Source: Balneola sp. (GTDB lineage Bacteria > Bacteroidota > Rhodothermia > Balneolales > Balneolaceae). Taken from it: a stretch of 64,000 nucleotides of DNA. The stretch's first letter is position 1. Every line of letters begins with the position of its first letter. Positions 1-10,396 of this stretch are shown piece after piece. Under the pieces are notes generated by a model, which saw only the letters and a list, made by a program, of their open reading frames with translations, did not search any database and was not told the origin of the DNA. Both the position numbers and the translations under genes were made by a program. The stretch spans positions 450,049 through 514,048 of the forward strand of contig JAEPNB010000001.1 of assembly GCA_017643645.1 (NCBI GenBank). The letters run 5' to 3'.

Positions 1-2685
1 ACAAAAGTCGAAGAGAATGGCGGCTTTGACGCTACCGGCCTCGATCCCGATAATACAGCTTTTATAATTTTTCATGCGGGTATAGGAAGAGATATAGAAT
101 TAGTTGGTACCAGCTTAGACATTACTCCTCAGGATATTCCTTCAATAACACTAAAAAAAAATGATCTTGCTCAACTATTAAACCAACCATTATTTAATGG
201 TGTACCTGTGAATAACGGAAATTTCAGAATTACTAATTCCTTAATTATTCCAAGAACAGAATCCAGACGAGGCTTAGATATTCAAGATAATGAATTTGTA
301 TTTCCGCTTTCAATAAATGGTTTATTATGTGCATCAATTGGTAGCCATTTAGGACTTCCTGATCTTTTTAATACAGAAACGGGAGATTCAGGTATTGGTC
401 GATTTGGGCTAATGGATGGAGCCAGCTTTTTTGCATATCAAGGACTTTTTCCTCCCGAACCGTCAGCCTGGGAAAAAACTTTTCTGGGTTGGACAACTGC
501 ATTTGAGGTTTTTAATCAAACTGAAGGAGATATTTCTTTAACTGCTTCAAGCACAAATGATCAGAATAATATTGCCCGTTACAACCTTTCAGCTACCGAA
601 TATTTTCTAATTGAGAACCGGTACAGAGATATTGGAAATGATGGAGTCACTTTAACAATACGAAAGAATGACGGTAGTGAAGTTCAACAAACCTTCACAA
701 ATGATAATGACACATTTGTCTTTCAGGGTTCTGATTTTGATGACTTATTTGAGCAGGGTGTTCTTATTGATGTAAGTGATTTTGACTGGAGCTTGCCCGG
801 TGGATTAGATGTTGGACCTGATAACAATGAAGGGACTTCAGATGACCGGGAACTGAATGGTGGTATTTTGATCTGGCATATTGATGAATCCGTTATTAAC
901 AAAAAAATATCTCAAAACTCAGGAGTGAACAGTAATCCTGATCGCAGAGGTGTTGATCTGGAAGAAGCTGAAGGTTCTCAGGATATTGGTAAACCACTGG
1001 ATGGAGCTTTAGATAACAGTGCTGCATTCGGAATTCCTTTCGACTTCTGGTGGAGTGGCAACAATTTTACCGTTGTCAATCAGGGAAACCAGATTTCTCT
1101 TTATGAAAATCAATTTACCCCAAAAACTTTTCCGGATACAGACAGCAACTCTGGTGGAAAAACATTTGTACGTTTTTTTGATTTTTCTGACAACCTTCCA
1201 ACAGCTACTTTTAAAATTGAGAAGTTTACTGATTCAGAATTTGGTTACTCTGAAGTACTTTCAATCTCTCAGAATCAGCAAAACTATTTTACAGAATCAA
1301 ATCCTTACCACAACTTCTACCCTCTCTCTTTAGGCTTGTACACTCCCGGAACAGATAGCTTTCTAGTGATACCTAAAAATGAAAACATTGATGCTGTTAG
1401 AATAAATGAGCAAAACACCATCTTTGAAGTTACTTCTCCAAGTAATCAACAGCCTTTTATTGGAAACAATCTTGTTACAGCTTTAAATCCTGCAACAGCT
1501 CCGAATTTTTTGGTTACTGCTTTTGAGTGGGATCAGGGAGCTGAGACATTTAATCAAATCTGGCAAGTAGATACCACAGCTAATAAAGCTTTCATCAGCT
1601 CTCAATCAGGCGATTCACTTTTTCTGGACTTCACCTCTGTAGCTCTGGACCCTGCCACGGGTAACAATCTTCCGAAACAATCTCCTGTTCCATTCAGATC
1701 TGAAATATTCAATTCCGGAAATGCTTCCATAAATAGGCAAACAGTAACTTTTGAGGGTAGTACGATTATAGATTTCCTATCTGCTTCAACCAACAGGCTG
1801 TACTCAGGTGTTATAAAAGGAGAAGAACAAAATGTGTATTATATTTTTGAAGACGATGCGTTCATATTAGCTGATCCCTCAAAAACAGATCCTTTCACAA
1901 CTATATTTTCTGAGTTCGCATCAGAATGGCCTGCAATAAGTAAGAATTTTGAAATAATTCGTGTAGACAAGGCCAATAATCTTTTGATCGGTTATAATAG
2001 AAACGGAGCCATACTAAACAATATGCCCGTAGACGCTCCGGAAAATGTGAAATTTACGGGCACTCCACTTTTAGCTGACATTACCGGAGATACCAATCAG
2101 GATATTCTTGTAGTAGGTCAGGATGAATATTCATTAAACATATATGGATACCAAAAAGACGGCACACCACTTGAAGGTTTCCCTTTGTTTGTTGGCGAAG
2201 TAGCAGACCAGAATTTTCAACCTATCCATCCCGCCTTCATTGGTAATACACTTTACGCAGTAAGCCATATCGGTGATATTAAAGCCTGGAAATTTGACAA
2301 TTTTACTTCTTCAGAATGGCCTTCTCGCTATGGTAAAAATTCTTTTAATAAAGTATCTGCAGAGATTAACTCTGATGATCCTCAAAATGGAGATACTTCT
2401 TTTAAGATCCTGAATAAAAACGAAACATATAATTGGCCCAATCCCGCTGATCAGGAAACGAACTTAAGATTTCAGGTTGAGCAGGCCGGACAAGTAGAGA
2501 TCCATATAATTACTCAAAGCGGAAGACTGGTTTATAAGGATGTTATACAGGTAAACGGAGGTTCGCCCGAAGAAATAGCTATAAATACATCCGGTTGGGG
2601 AAGCGGTGCTTATTTCGCAATGGTGAAAGCTACTGTTAACGGAAATTCGGAATCTAAACTCGTTAAAATAGCGGTGGCTCATTAA
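1..2685 (+). CDS. M6-family (immune inhibitor A-like) metallopeptidase-domain protein with T9SS C-terminal sorting domain; 5' end lies upstream of the window
   Basis: Frame 1 is open from nt 1, so the GTG at 208 in the ORF track is internal. Motifs FIIFHAGIGRD, YFLIENRYRD, GGILIWHIDES and GVDLEEAEGSQDIG resemble the M6 peptidase domain. There is an FG-GAP/VCBS-like LADITGDTNQDILVVGQDE. The last ~80 aa (NWPNPADQETNLRF...YFAMVKATVNG...KLVKIAVAH) look like a Por/T9SS sorting domain. Confidence 0.65.
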   Translation, partial: TKVEENGGFDATGLDPDNTAFIIFHAGIGRDIELVGTSLDITPQDIPSITLKKNDLAQLLNQPLFNGVPVNNGNFRITNSLIIPRTESRRGLDIQDNEFVFPLSINGLLCASIGSHLGLPDLFNTETGDSGIGRFGLMDGASFFAYQGLFPPEPSAWEKTFLGWTTAFEVFNQTEGDISLTASSTNDQNNIARYNLSATEYFLIENRYRDIGNDGVTLTIRKNDGSEVQQTFTNDNDTFVFQGSDFDDLFEQGVLIDVSDFDWSLPGGLDVGPDNNEGTSDDRELNGGILIWHIDESVINKKISQNSGVNSNPDRRGVDLEEAEGSQDIGKPLDGALDNSAAFGIPFDFWWSGNNFTVVNQGNQISLYENQFTPKTFPDTDSNSGGKTFVRFFDFSDNLPTATFKIEKFTDSEFGYSEVLSISQNQQNYFTESNPYHNFYPLSLGLYTPGTDSFLVIPKNENIDAVRINEQNTIFEVTSPSNQQPFIGNNLVTALNPATAPNFLVTAFEWDQGAETFNQIWQVDTTANKAFISSQSGDSLFLDFTSVALDPATGNNLPKQSPVPFRSEIFNSGNASINRQTVTFEGSTIIDFLSASTNRLYSGVIKGEEQNVYYIFEDDAFILADPSKTDPFTTIFSEFASEWPAISKNFEIIRVDKANNLLIGYNRNGAILNNMPVDAPENVKFTGTPLLADITGDTNQDILVVGQDEYSLNIYGYQKDGTPLEGFPLFVGEVADQNFQPIHPAFIGNTLYAVSHIGDIKAWKFDNFTSSEWPSRYGKNSFNKVSAEINSDDPQNGDTSFKILNKNETYNWPNPADQETNLRFQVEQAGQVEIHIITQSGRLVYKDVIQVNGGSPEEIAINTSGWGSGAYFAMVKATVNGNSESKLVKIAVAH

Positions 2686-5600
2686 TGAAAAAGATTCTTT
2701 TCACAATAATTCTGTTCTTCGTTTTTGGCATTGTTTCTTTACAGGCTCAAACAAGCCCTCTTTACTATGATTATTCCCATAATCATCTGGAATGGTTTAC
2801 TATTGAAAGCGAACACTTCCTAATTCACTTTCAGGAAGGAAACAGCAGATCTGCAAAAGTTACTGCCCGTATTGCGGAGGAAATCTACGCTCCCATTACA
2901 GATTTATATCAGCTTGAACCTGATCAGAAAGTAAGTATCGTACTTAAAGACAGGGATGATTATTCAAACGGAGCAGCCTACTTTTTTGATAATAAGATCG
3001 ATATTTGGCTTCCGGCTTTAGATACTCCACTTCGTGGAACTCATAACTGGCTACGAAACGTAATTACACATGAGTTTACTCATATCGTTCAAATACAGAA
3101 AGCCATCAAAGGAAAACGCAAATATCCCATTTCGTACATTCAATGGTTAAGCTATGAAGATGTTCGAAGACCTGATGTGCTGTATGGTTTTCCGAATGGA
3201 ATTGCCACACTTCCCTTTGCTACTATCAATGTTCCTGCGTGGCTGGCAGAGGGTACAGCTCAGTATCAGCGGCAAGGCTTACTTTACGAAACATGGGATT
3301 CGCACCGCGATATGATTTTGCGGACAAGAATTTTATCTGATACATACTTCAGCTTGGAAGAAATGGGCACCTTCTCTTCTAAAACCAGTATTGAAAGGGA
3401 GACAGTATACAATCAAGGTTTTGCATTTGTGATCTATCTGGTAGATCGCTTCGGAGAAGAAGTAATCAGAGAAATATCAGCTGCACTTGCACAAAGGGGA
3501 GTATATAATGTTGCGGAAGCCATTGAAATTGCAACAGGAATTCCGGGCAAATTGGTATTTGTGGATTGGATAGTTGATCGAAAGCAATTCTATTCAAAAG
3601 CTATTGAAGGTTTAAACACTACCAAAAGTGACTATGTTGAAAAAGATGGTTTTTTCAATTTTTATCCAAAAGTTTCGCCTGATGGAAATTCAGTAGCATA
3701 TCTGTCTAATAAAGGGCGGGATTATAGTCTGGCTTCACTATATCTTAAAAATAAAAATGGAACTGAAGAAGTCGCTCAGGTTTCAAATCAACTTTTTGAT
3801 CAACATCAGCAACACACATCCGCAACTGAAAAGCCTTTAATTACATTTCTTGCTACCTCTTACTCTTTCTCTGCTGATGGAAATCAAATAGCTTATTCTG
3901 TTAACAAAGCTACCAGGTATGGGGAATCTTATCGTGATATTTTTATTTACAATCTGGAATCAAAAGATCATAAAAAGCTAACCCAAGCAGCCAGAATTGA
4001 AGCCCCGGCATGGAGCCCTGATGGAAGTGATATTGCAGCTATCCAGTATAACAAAGGAACACAAAACCTGATAATACTGGATCCTAAAACCAATGAAATA
4101 ACTAGTCTCACTTCTTATAAAAATGGAGAAACACTTTATACACCTGTTTGGAGTCCGGACGGAAACACTATCTACTTTGCATATGCAGACCGGGGCAATC
4201 GTTCGATCTTTAAATATAGTTTACTAACCAAAACTGTTGAACCTGTAATAGACAACGAGTTCGTTGATTCCAGAGATCCTTTTATATCACATGACGGGAA
4301 AAATTTATTTTACTCCAGTGATGAAAATGGAATATTTAATATCCACAGAATGGATATAGAAACCGAAACTTCTGTACAGATTACAAATGTAGTGGGTGGA
4401 GCTTTTATGCCTTTCGAGGACAATAGTGGAAACCTATATTATTCTGAATATGAAGCCGACGGATATAAGATCAAAAAGCATCTGCTCGATTCCACAAAAA
4501 GAGAACTCACAACTTACGACCCTGTATATTCTGAAACTGAAGCCTTTCCTGTTTCGGATTCTTTTACTCAGCTAAATAATTTCGATGACGAAGATCTTAC
4601 CGAATTCAGCTATGCAGAACATGCTGTTGCAGATACCGGCTCTTATAAGTTTGAAATGAAAACTGTTGGAGCAGATGATGACTATTCATACCGAGAGTAT
4701 GAAGACACTTTTACGGATTTTTCATTTTTCCCGATAATCCGTTTCGATAACTATTCAAAATTAAATGGTAGTAACGGATCTCTCATTAAAAACGGAAAGT
4801 TTGGAAAACTTGGGGAGAACTTGCTTCGTGATGTTAAACCGGGCGTCTATTTCGCTTCCCGTGATGTGTTAGACAAATTAAGTATTTTTGGTGGAGCCAT
4901 GCTTGGTGTCGGCTCTCTTCCTGCCGAAAGCATCGGAGGTTTTTTTAAGCCAAACCGTCTTTTTGAACTAGACCGAGATCTTTTTCTGATCGCAGAATAC
5001 CGAGGGCTTCCCTTTATTAAAAGAAGCTGGTCTCCTACTGTTTCTCTTGAACTGTATAATCTGCGTCGAAATGTTAAGGACGGTTTACAAATCGAGGAAT
5101 TTCCATGTACTTCTTGTGCCCAAAAAGATACTGTAAATGTTGATATAGCTTATCAGATTTGGGAGGCAAATTTGTTCTTCAGAAGTAAACTTAGTCGGCG
5201 TTCTTTGCTTGAACTTGGAATTGGTTATAGTCCATACAGAGTTGAAACGGACAATTTTTATTCTAACGAGTTACAGGCTTTTATAACCGGATCTTCATCA
5301 GAATACTTCAAAGGTACTACCTTATCTGCTTCTTACACGGTCGACTATTACGAATTTACTACTGATGCTGATATAGCTCCAACAGGTCTGAAGGGTTATT
5401 TACGCTATCAATATCAACCCGGAAAATTATTGGAAGAGTATGATATTGATGACGGTTCATTAGTTCCCATATTCAAAACTTCAAAAAACCATTCTGCAGA
5501 ATTTCATGGCCGATATGGGTTCAAGCTACCTTCCGGTCAGGCGCTTCAAGCCAGAGCAAGAGGCTTTGCTTATTTCAATAATCCGAATGATTCTTTTTAC

Positions 5601-6026
5601 ACTGATTATATTGGAGGGTTTCTTGGAATGCGAAGCTATCCTTATTTTGCTTTAGGTGGAGACAGAACAGCATTTACAAGTCTCTCGTATTTTGTTCCTA
5701 TATTCAAAAAGATCACAAAACAAGCAGGACCTTATACTTTAGATAAGCTTTATGCCAGAATGTTTTTTGAAGCCGGAAATGCATGGAATTCTCCTTTCGG
5801 AACAACTAATTCCCTTAAAACGGGTATTGGTACTGAACTCAGATTAGCAATGAACGGATATTATCTATTTCCATTAAAGCTTTTTGTAAGTGCTTCATAT
5901 GGATTCAATGAATTTCAGCTGACACTCCCTGATGAATTTGTAACAGGAACAGGAAATAATTCCGTTACTTATGGACGTGAACTCCTTTTCCATTTTGGAT
6001 TAACTTTTGATTTTGAGTTACTATGA
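2685..6026 (+). CDS. Large secreted protein: N-terminal HExxH zinc-peptidase-like region, TolB/PD40-type beta-propeller repeats, C-terminal beta-barrel-like region
   Basis: 1113-aa ORF whose ATG overlaps the upstream stop (TAATG). It has a signal peptide (MKKILFTIILFFVFGIVSLQAQ) and the motif VITHEFTHIVQ. PD40-like repeats are present (VSPDGNSVAYLSN, WSPDGSDIAAIQ, WSPDGNTIYFAYAD, ISHDGKNLFYSSD). The C-terminal third is rich in alternating aromatic/Gly segments and ends FHFGLTFDFELL. Confidence 0.6.
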   Translation: MKKILFTIILFFVFGIVSLQAQTSPLYYDYSHNHLEWFTIESEHFLIHFQEGNSRSAKVTARIAEEIYAPITDLYQLEPDQKVSIVLKDRDDYSNGAAYFFDNKIDIWLPALDTPLRGTHNWLRNVITHEFTHIVQIQKAIKGKRKYPISYIQWLSYEDVRRPDVLYGFPNGIATLPFATINVPAWLAEGTAQYQRQGLLYETWDSHRDMILRTRILSDTYFSLEEMGTFSSKTSIERETVYNQGFAFVIYLVDRFGEEVIREISAALAQRGVYNVAEAIEIATGIPGKLVFVDWIVDRKQFYSKAIEGLNTTKSDYVEKDGFFNFYPKVSPDGNSVAYLSNKGRDYSLASLYLKNKNGTEEVAQVSNQLFDQHQQHTSATEKPLITFLATSYSFSADGNQIAYSVNKATRYGESYRDIFIYNLESKDHKKLTQAARIEAPAWSPDGSDIAAIQYNKGTQNLIILDPKTNEITSLTSYKNGETLYTPVWSPDGNTIYFAYADRGNRSIFKYSLLTKTVEPVIDNEFVDSRDPFISHDGKNLFYSSDENGIFNIHRMDIETETSVQITNVVGGAFMPFEDNSGNLYYSEYEADGYKIKKHLLDSTKRELTTYDPVYSETEAFPVSDSFTQLNNFDDEDLTEFSYAEHAVADTGSYKFEMKTVGADDDYSYREYEDTFTDFSFFPIIRFDNYSKLNGSNGSLIKNGKFGKLGENLLRDVKPGVYFASRDVLDKLSIFGGAMLGVGSLPAESIGGFFKPNRLFELDRDLFLIAEYRGLPFIKRSWSPTVSLELYNLRRNVKDGLQIEEFPCTSCAQKDTVNVDIAYQIWEANLFFRSKLSRRSLLELGIGYSPYRVETDNFYSNELQAFITGSSSEYFKGTTLSASYTVDYYEFTTDADIAPTGLKGYLRYQYQPGKLLEEYDIDDGSLVPIFKTSKNHSAEFHGRYGFKLPSGQALQARARGFAYFNNPNDSFYTDYIGGFLGMRSYPYFALGGDRTAFTSLSYFVPIFKKITKQAGPYTLDKLYARMFFEAGNAWNSPFGTTNSLKTGIGTELRLAMNGYYLFPLKLFVSASYGFNEFQLTLPDEFVTGTGNNSVTYGRELLFHFGLTFDFELL

Positions 6027-6970
6027 AAAACCTAATTTTAATATTCTTTACTTCAGCCATGTTCTCGGGTGTTAACTTCGCTCAACTAAAATCCGATCTT
6101 GCCGGTAATATTGTAGTCGTTGAAGAATCTTCTGCTTCAAAAAATATTTCCATCGATGATTTTTCATTTCAACCAGCTTCTGAAGGATTCAGAGGTACAT
6201 TGCAGACACAATCTGGAATTGCATTCTTATCCTCTGCTATACTGCCCGGCTCTGCACAAGCAGCTAACGGCAAGTGGGCAAGAGCGGGAATTTATCTGGC
6301 TACCGAGGCTTTCAGTATTTTCTATTACATAAACCGAAACAATGTAGCCAAAGATCAGGAACGAGCTTATGAAGCTTTCACGCATAAAGAATGGAGCGTA
6401 GTTGCTTATGCTCAATGGCTGATTGGATATTATGATAATAATGGATTGTCACATGATAAGCTGGATCAACTCAGAACAATGGTTGGTGGTTTAAATCCTG
6501 ATTTTTCTGATACAAGAAATGACTGGAGTAAGGTAAATATCAGACTTCTTCAACAGATCGAAAGAGAAACTAAATTAGTTTGTGGGAATTGTGGAAACGG
6601 AGATTTCTCACACGTTCTTCCCTCTTACGGGTCTCAACAATATTATGAATTGATTAGCAAATACTATCAGTTTGAAGGTGGTTGGTCAGATTTTTATGCT
6701 GAAAATGTTGCGGTGAATAACCCAAATTATGATTATCTCTACGATAATGAAGGCGACCTTGCTTCTCCATTATTTTTACTTGGTACTGAACGAGCCGACC
6801 GTTTTAACAATAATTATCGTCGCGCAGGGAACATTTTGAATCTATTAGTGATAAACCATGTAGTTTCAGCCTTTGACGCTCTCTTTTCTGTGAAACTGAA
6901 AAATGCCAGAGTTCAAGCTTCGGCAGATATGATGCGAGCTGATTCATTTTCACTAACCTTACACTTTTAA
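6023..6970 (+). CDS. Hypothetical secreted/membrane-associated protein
   Basis: 315-aa ORF with a 4-nt ATGA overlap with the upstream gene and an N-terminal signal-like sequence. The segment ILPGSAQAANGKWARAGIYLATEAF is hydrophobic. I recognise no family. Confidence 0.6.
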   Translation: MKNLILIFFTSAMFSGVNFAQLKSDLAGNIVVVEESSASKNISIDDFSFQPASEGFRGTLQTQSGIAFLSSAILPGSAQAANGKWARAGIYLATEAFSIFYYINRNNVAKDQERAYEAFTHKEWSVVAYAQWLIGYYDNNGLSHDKLDQLRTMVGGLNPDFSDTRNDWSKVNIRLLQQIERETKLVCGNCGNGDFSHVLPSYGSQQYYELISKYYQFEGGWSDFYAENVAVNNPNYDYLYDNEGDLASPLFLLGTERADRFNNNYRRAGNILNLLVINHVVSAFDALFSVKLKNARVQASADMMRADSFSLTLHF

Positions 6971-6981
6971 CATCGTCTGTA

Positions 6982-7830
6982 ATGCCGTACTTTTCGAATA
7001 TGCTCAAACGGATATTCACAAGTAAAAAATTCTATTTTTCCATTCTGGGACTCGTTCTATTCGGCTCACTCTTTCTTCTCTTTTTTGATAAAGTGGTAAT
7101 GCCGGGCTACACGAACTATTATGAAGGATTAACAGTACCGGATTTAACAAGACTTACTCTCGAAGAAGCTGAACAAGAGTTAATCAGCATTGGTCTCAGA
7201 TATGAAGTAGCAGACAGACGTGCTAACTCTGCTTTTCCTGCAAACTATGTGATTGACCAACAACCTGCGGCCAATACTATTGTTAAGCCAAACCGAAAAA
7301 TTTATCTCACGGTTAATACAGAAGTAAAACCAGTAGTTGTGGTTCCAAATGTGGTAAGTCTTTCTATCAGAAACGCTCAGATTCAATTACAAAACTATGG
7401 GCTTGAAGTTGGGTCTACAAGTTATGAATCTTCCAGATTCAAAAATGTGATCTTACGTCAATCGATCCCTGAAGGTGATACAGTCGCTAAAGGAACTACT
7501 ATTGATCTTGTTGTAAGTGATGGTTTGGGTAATAAGATTGTTACTATTCCTGAAATTATTGGCTTAAGACTTCCACAAGCACAATTAACACTTCGCGAAG
7601 CAGGTCTCCGGTTAGGTGAAATAAGATTTCGTCCAACGAAAGATGTTACCCCGAATACTGTTCTGGAATATACGCCAAACGTTGCTGAAATTATAGAAGG
7701 GGAAACTATAAATCTGGTTATCTCTGAACGTTTTGAAGCTATTGAACCTGATGAAGGTGGAGTAGTGAATATTGATTCTACTGGTACTCCAATCCCACAA
7801 CAACTTCCACAACCAAATAAAAAAGACTAA
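6982..7830 (+). CDS. Stand-alone PASTA-domain protein (N-terminal TM helix plus three PASTA repeats)
   Basis: TM segment FYFSILGLVLFGSLFLLFF. There are three repeats of the PASTA pattern (VPDLTRLTLEEAEQELISIGLRYEV; VPNVVSLSIRNAQIQLQNYGLEVG; IPEIIGLRLPQAQLTLREAGLRLGEI). No kinase or transpeptidase domain is present. Confidence 0.75.
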   Translation: MPYFSNMLKRIFTSKKFYFSILGLVLFGSLFLLFFDKVVMPGYTNYYEGLTVPDLTRLTLEEAEQELISIGLRYEVADRRANSAFPANYVIDQQPAANTIVKPNRKIYLTVNTEVKPVVVVPNVVSLSIRNAQIQLQNYGLEVGSTSYESSRFKNVILRQSIPEGDTVAKGTTIDLVVSDGLGNKIVTIPEIIGLRLPQAQLTLREAGLRLGEIRFRPTKDVTPNTVLEYTPNVAEIIEGETINLVISERFEAIEPDEGGVVNIDSTGTPIPQQLPQPNKKD

Positions 7831-8501
7831 TGGATTTTCAACTTCCTATCCTAGCACCATCAATTCTGGCAGCAGATTTCACTCAACTTGGAAGTGATAT
7901 TAAAGACTGTGTAGATGGCGGTGTAACTTGGATTCATTGTGATATCATGGATGGTCATTTTGTACCAAATATTAGTTACGGTCCTAGTATCGTAAAAGCG
8001 GCAAAAAAGTCTGCTCCTGAAGCTTTTATGGATGTTCATTTAATGATTGAAGACCCCGATAAATTCGTGGATGATTATGTGCAAGCCGGAGCCGATCTTA
8101 TTTCTGTTCATTATGAAGCTTGTCCTCATTTACACCGATCCATTCAAAACATAAAGAAGCATGGAATTATGGCAGGAGTGGTTGTAAATCCAGCCACCTC
8201 TTTATTTAATATCGAACCCATTCTTGAATATGTTGATCTGGTTTTGATCATGAGTGTAAACCCGGGTTTTGGTGGACAAAGTTTTATTGAATCCAGCTAT
8301 GAAAAACTTCAGGAACTTGCTGATCTGAGAGATGCAGGTGGTCATGGTTTTTTAATCGAAATTGATGGTGGAGTCTCTCTAAAGAATATCCAAAAAGTAG
8401 CTGAAACCGGAGCCGATGTGCTTGTGGCAGGCAGTAGTGTATTTAAAGCAGACGATATTACAGCCAGAGTTAATGAGTTGATGGGTAAGCTTGAAAGCTG
8501 A
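7830..8501 (+). CDS. rpe: Ribulose-phosphate 3-epimerase
   Basis: 223 aa. Hallmarks are ILAPSILAADF, HCDIMDGHFVPNISYGP, DVHLMIEDP, MSVNPGFGGQSF and IEIDGG. Confidence 0.92.
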   Translation: MDFQLPILAPSILAADFTQLGSDIKDCVDGGVTWIHCDIMDGHFVPNISYGPSIVKAAKKSAPEAFMDVHLMIEDPDKFVDDYVQAGADLISVHYEACPHLHRSIQNIKKHGIMAGVVVNPATSLFNIEPILEYVDLVLIMSVNPGFGGQSFIESSYEKLQELADLRDAGGHGFLIEIDGGVSLKNIQKVAETGADVLVAGSSVFKADDITARVNELMGKLES

Positions 8502-8591
8502 TAGCGAGCTTTATTTTTCTTATCTTTACTGCTTAATTCTAACTCAATTCAAAGTTCCATCGAAGACGAACGCACCCTCTTAGAACAAGTC

Positions 8592-9539
8592 GTGGATATT
8601 TCCGACTCCGACCCGGTTTCACTATTCGGATTACACGATAAAAATATTCAGATTCTGGATAGATCATTCCCGGAAGTAAAGATCAATGCCCGCGGTAATC
8701 GTGTTAAAGTAATTGGCTCCAGCGAGGAAGTTGATCTGGTTAAGAATATCATTGAAGGCATGATAGGTGTTGCTGACCGCAAAGGCTCTGTTTCCGAAAA
8801 CGAAGTTAAAACGCTGATCACTCTTAAATCAGGTGAAAGAAAAGCCAGAACTCCTCTTCCTAAAAATATCAAGGAAGGCGACCTGATTCTTTATACGTAT
8901 GATGGGATTCCTGTTCATGCTAAAACTCCCGGACAGAAACGAATCGTTACCACATCAAACCAAAGTGATATTCTTTTTTCAATTGGTCCTGCCGGAACCG
9001 GAAAAACGTACACTTCTGTTGCTCTTGCTGTAAAAGCGATGAAGGAACAACGAGTAAAAAAAATCATACTTGCAAGACCTGCAGTGGAAGCCGGAGAAAG
9101 TTTAGGTTTCTTACCGGGCGACTTGAAGGAAAAAATCGATCCGTATCTTCGCCCACTTTATGATGCTTTGGAAGACATGATCGAGCCCGATAAACTCGAT
9201 TACTATCTTACCAAGAATATGATCGAAATTGCCCCATTGGCATATATGAGAGGTAGGACCTTGAACAATGCATTTGTGATCCTGGATGAAGCTCAGAATG
9301 CTACCAATGCTCAAATGAAGATGTTCTTGACCAGAATCGGGTTTAATAGTCGTGCGATCATTACCGGAGATGTTACCCAAACCGATCTTCCCAGAAAACA
9401 AGAGTCAGGTTTGATCACAGTTCAGGATATTTTAAAAGATGTGGACGGAATTGATTTCGTATATCTGAGTGAAGAAGATGTAGTACGTCATAAGTTGGTG
9501 AAGGATATTATCAACGCCTACGAAAAGTTTGAATCTTAG
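8592..9539 (+). CDS. PhoH-like ATPase (PhoH/YbeZ family)
   Basis: Walker A GPAGTGKTY, ILDEAQN, ITGDVTQTDLP, typical length. The listed GTG start is uncertain because the frame is open back to 8505. Confidence 0.85.
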   Translation: MDISDSDPVSLFGLHDKNIQILDRSFPEVKINARGNRVKVIGSSEEVDLVKNIIEGMIGVADRKGSVSENEVKTLITLKSGERKARTPLPKNIKEGDLILYTYDGIPVHAKTPGQKRIVTTSNQSDILFSIGPAGTGKTYTSVALAVKAMKEQRVKKIILARPAVEAGESLGFLPGDLKEKIDPYLRPLYDALEDMIEPDKLDYYLTKNMIEIAPLAYMRGRTLNNAFVILDEAQNATNAQMKMFLTRIGFNSRAIITGDVTQTDLPRKQESGLITVQDILKDVDGIDFVYLSEEDVVRHKLVKDIINAYEKFES

Positions 9540-9583
9540 GATTTATTGGTTACTAGTGATTGAGTGATTAGTTTAAATCATAT

Positions 9584-10396
9584 ATGAAAAATAAAATCAA
9601 TACGTACGCAGCTGCGCTCTACGAAGGTACTTTCTCGGTAGGATTAGATAAAAAATTCAATCGTATTTCTAGAGATGATAAACCTGCTAAAGGTGCGCTC
9701 AAAATTTCCTTGAATCCCTTTTTGATTTCTACTCCGGATAGAAAATTTCTTTTTGATTGCGGAATCGGAGTATTTGGAGAGGACACCGGACCTCATGTTA
9801 TTCGTGAAAACCTTGAAGCACATGATCTGACCGAGTTTGATATCACAGATGTCGTTTGCAGCCACTTGCATTATGATCACATCGGTGGACTGGCACACAA
9901 AGAGAATGGATATTGGGAGCTCACTTTTCCTGAAGCCAAGATCTGGGTTTCAAAAAAAGGTTGGGAAAAAGTGATGAACAAAGAAGTGTATTACGATGAA
10001 GAAAAAACGGAATTCGTTTCTTTCATTGATGCTAAAGCTGATCTTCATTTTTTGGATGCAGAAGATGAAGCTTATCCGGAATTAAAAGTGGAAAAGATCG
10101 GCGGTCATACAGAATTCCATCAGGTTCTTCTTTTTAATGATGGAGAGAACAAGTTCATGCAAGCCGGTGATGTGATCGCAACACGAAGCCAAGTGAACCG
10201 AAAATTTGCTGCGAAATACGATTTTGATCCTAAAACCAGTCAACAGCAACGCGAGCGATTAGCAAAACTGGCTTTTGATGAAGGTTATATTATTTTAGGC
10301 TACCATGACGACAGTACTCCAATTATTAAACTTACCGGTTACGACGATAAAACCGGTTACACTACTGAAGCAATAGATTCTTATGTCCCTGCCTGA
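9584..10396 (+). CDS. MBL-fold metallo-hydrolase
   Basis: 270 aa with the metallo-beta-lactamase signature CSHLHYDHIGGL, plus a later GGHTEFH. Confidence 0.75.
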   Translation: MKNKINTYAAALYEGTFSVGLDKKFNRISRDDKPAKGALKISLNPFLISTPDRKFLFDCGIGVFGEDTGPHVIRENLEAHDLTEFDITDVVCSHLHYDHIGGLAHKENGYWELTFPEAKIWVSKKGWEKVMNKEVYYDEEKTEFVSFIDAKADLHFLDAEDEAYPELKVEKIGGHTEFHQVLLFNDGENKFMQAGDVIATRSQVNRKFAAKYDFDPKTSQQQRERLAKLAFDEGYIILGYHDDSTPIIKLTGYDDKTGYTTEAIDSYVPA

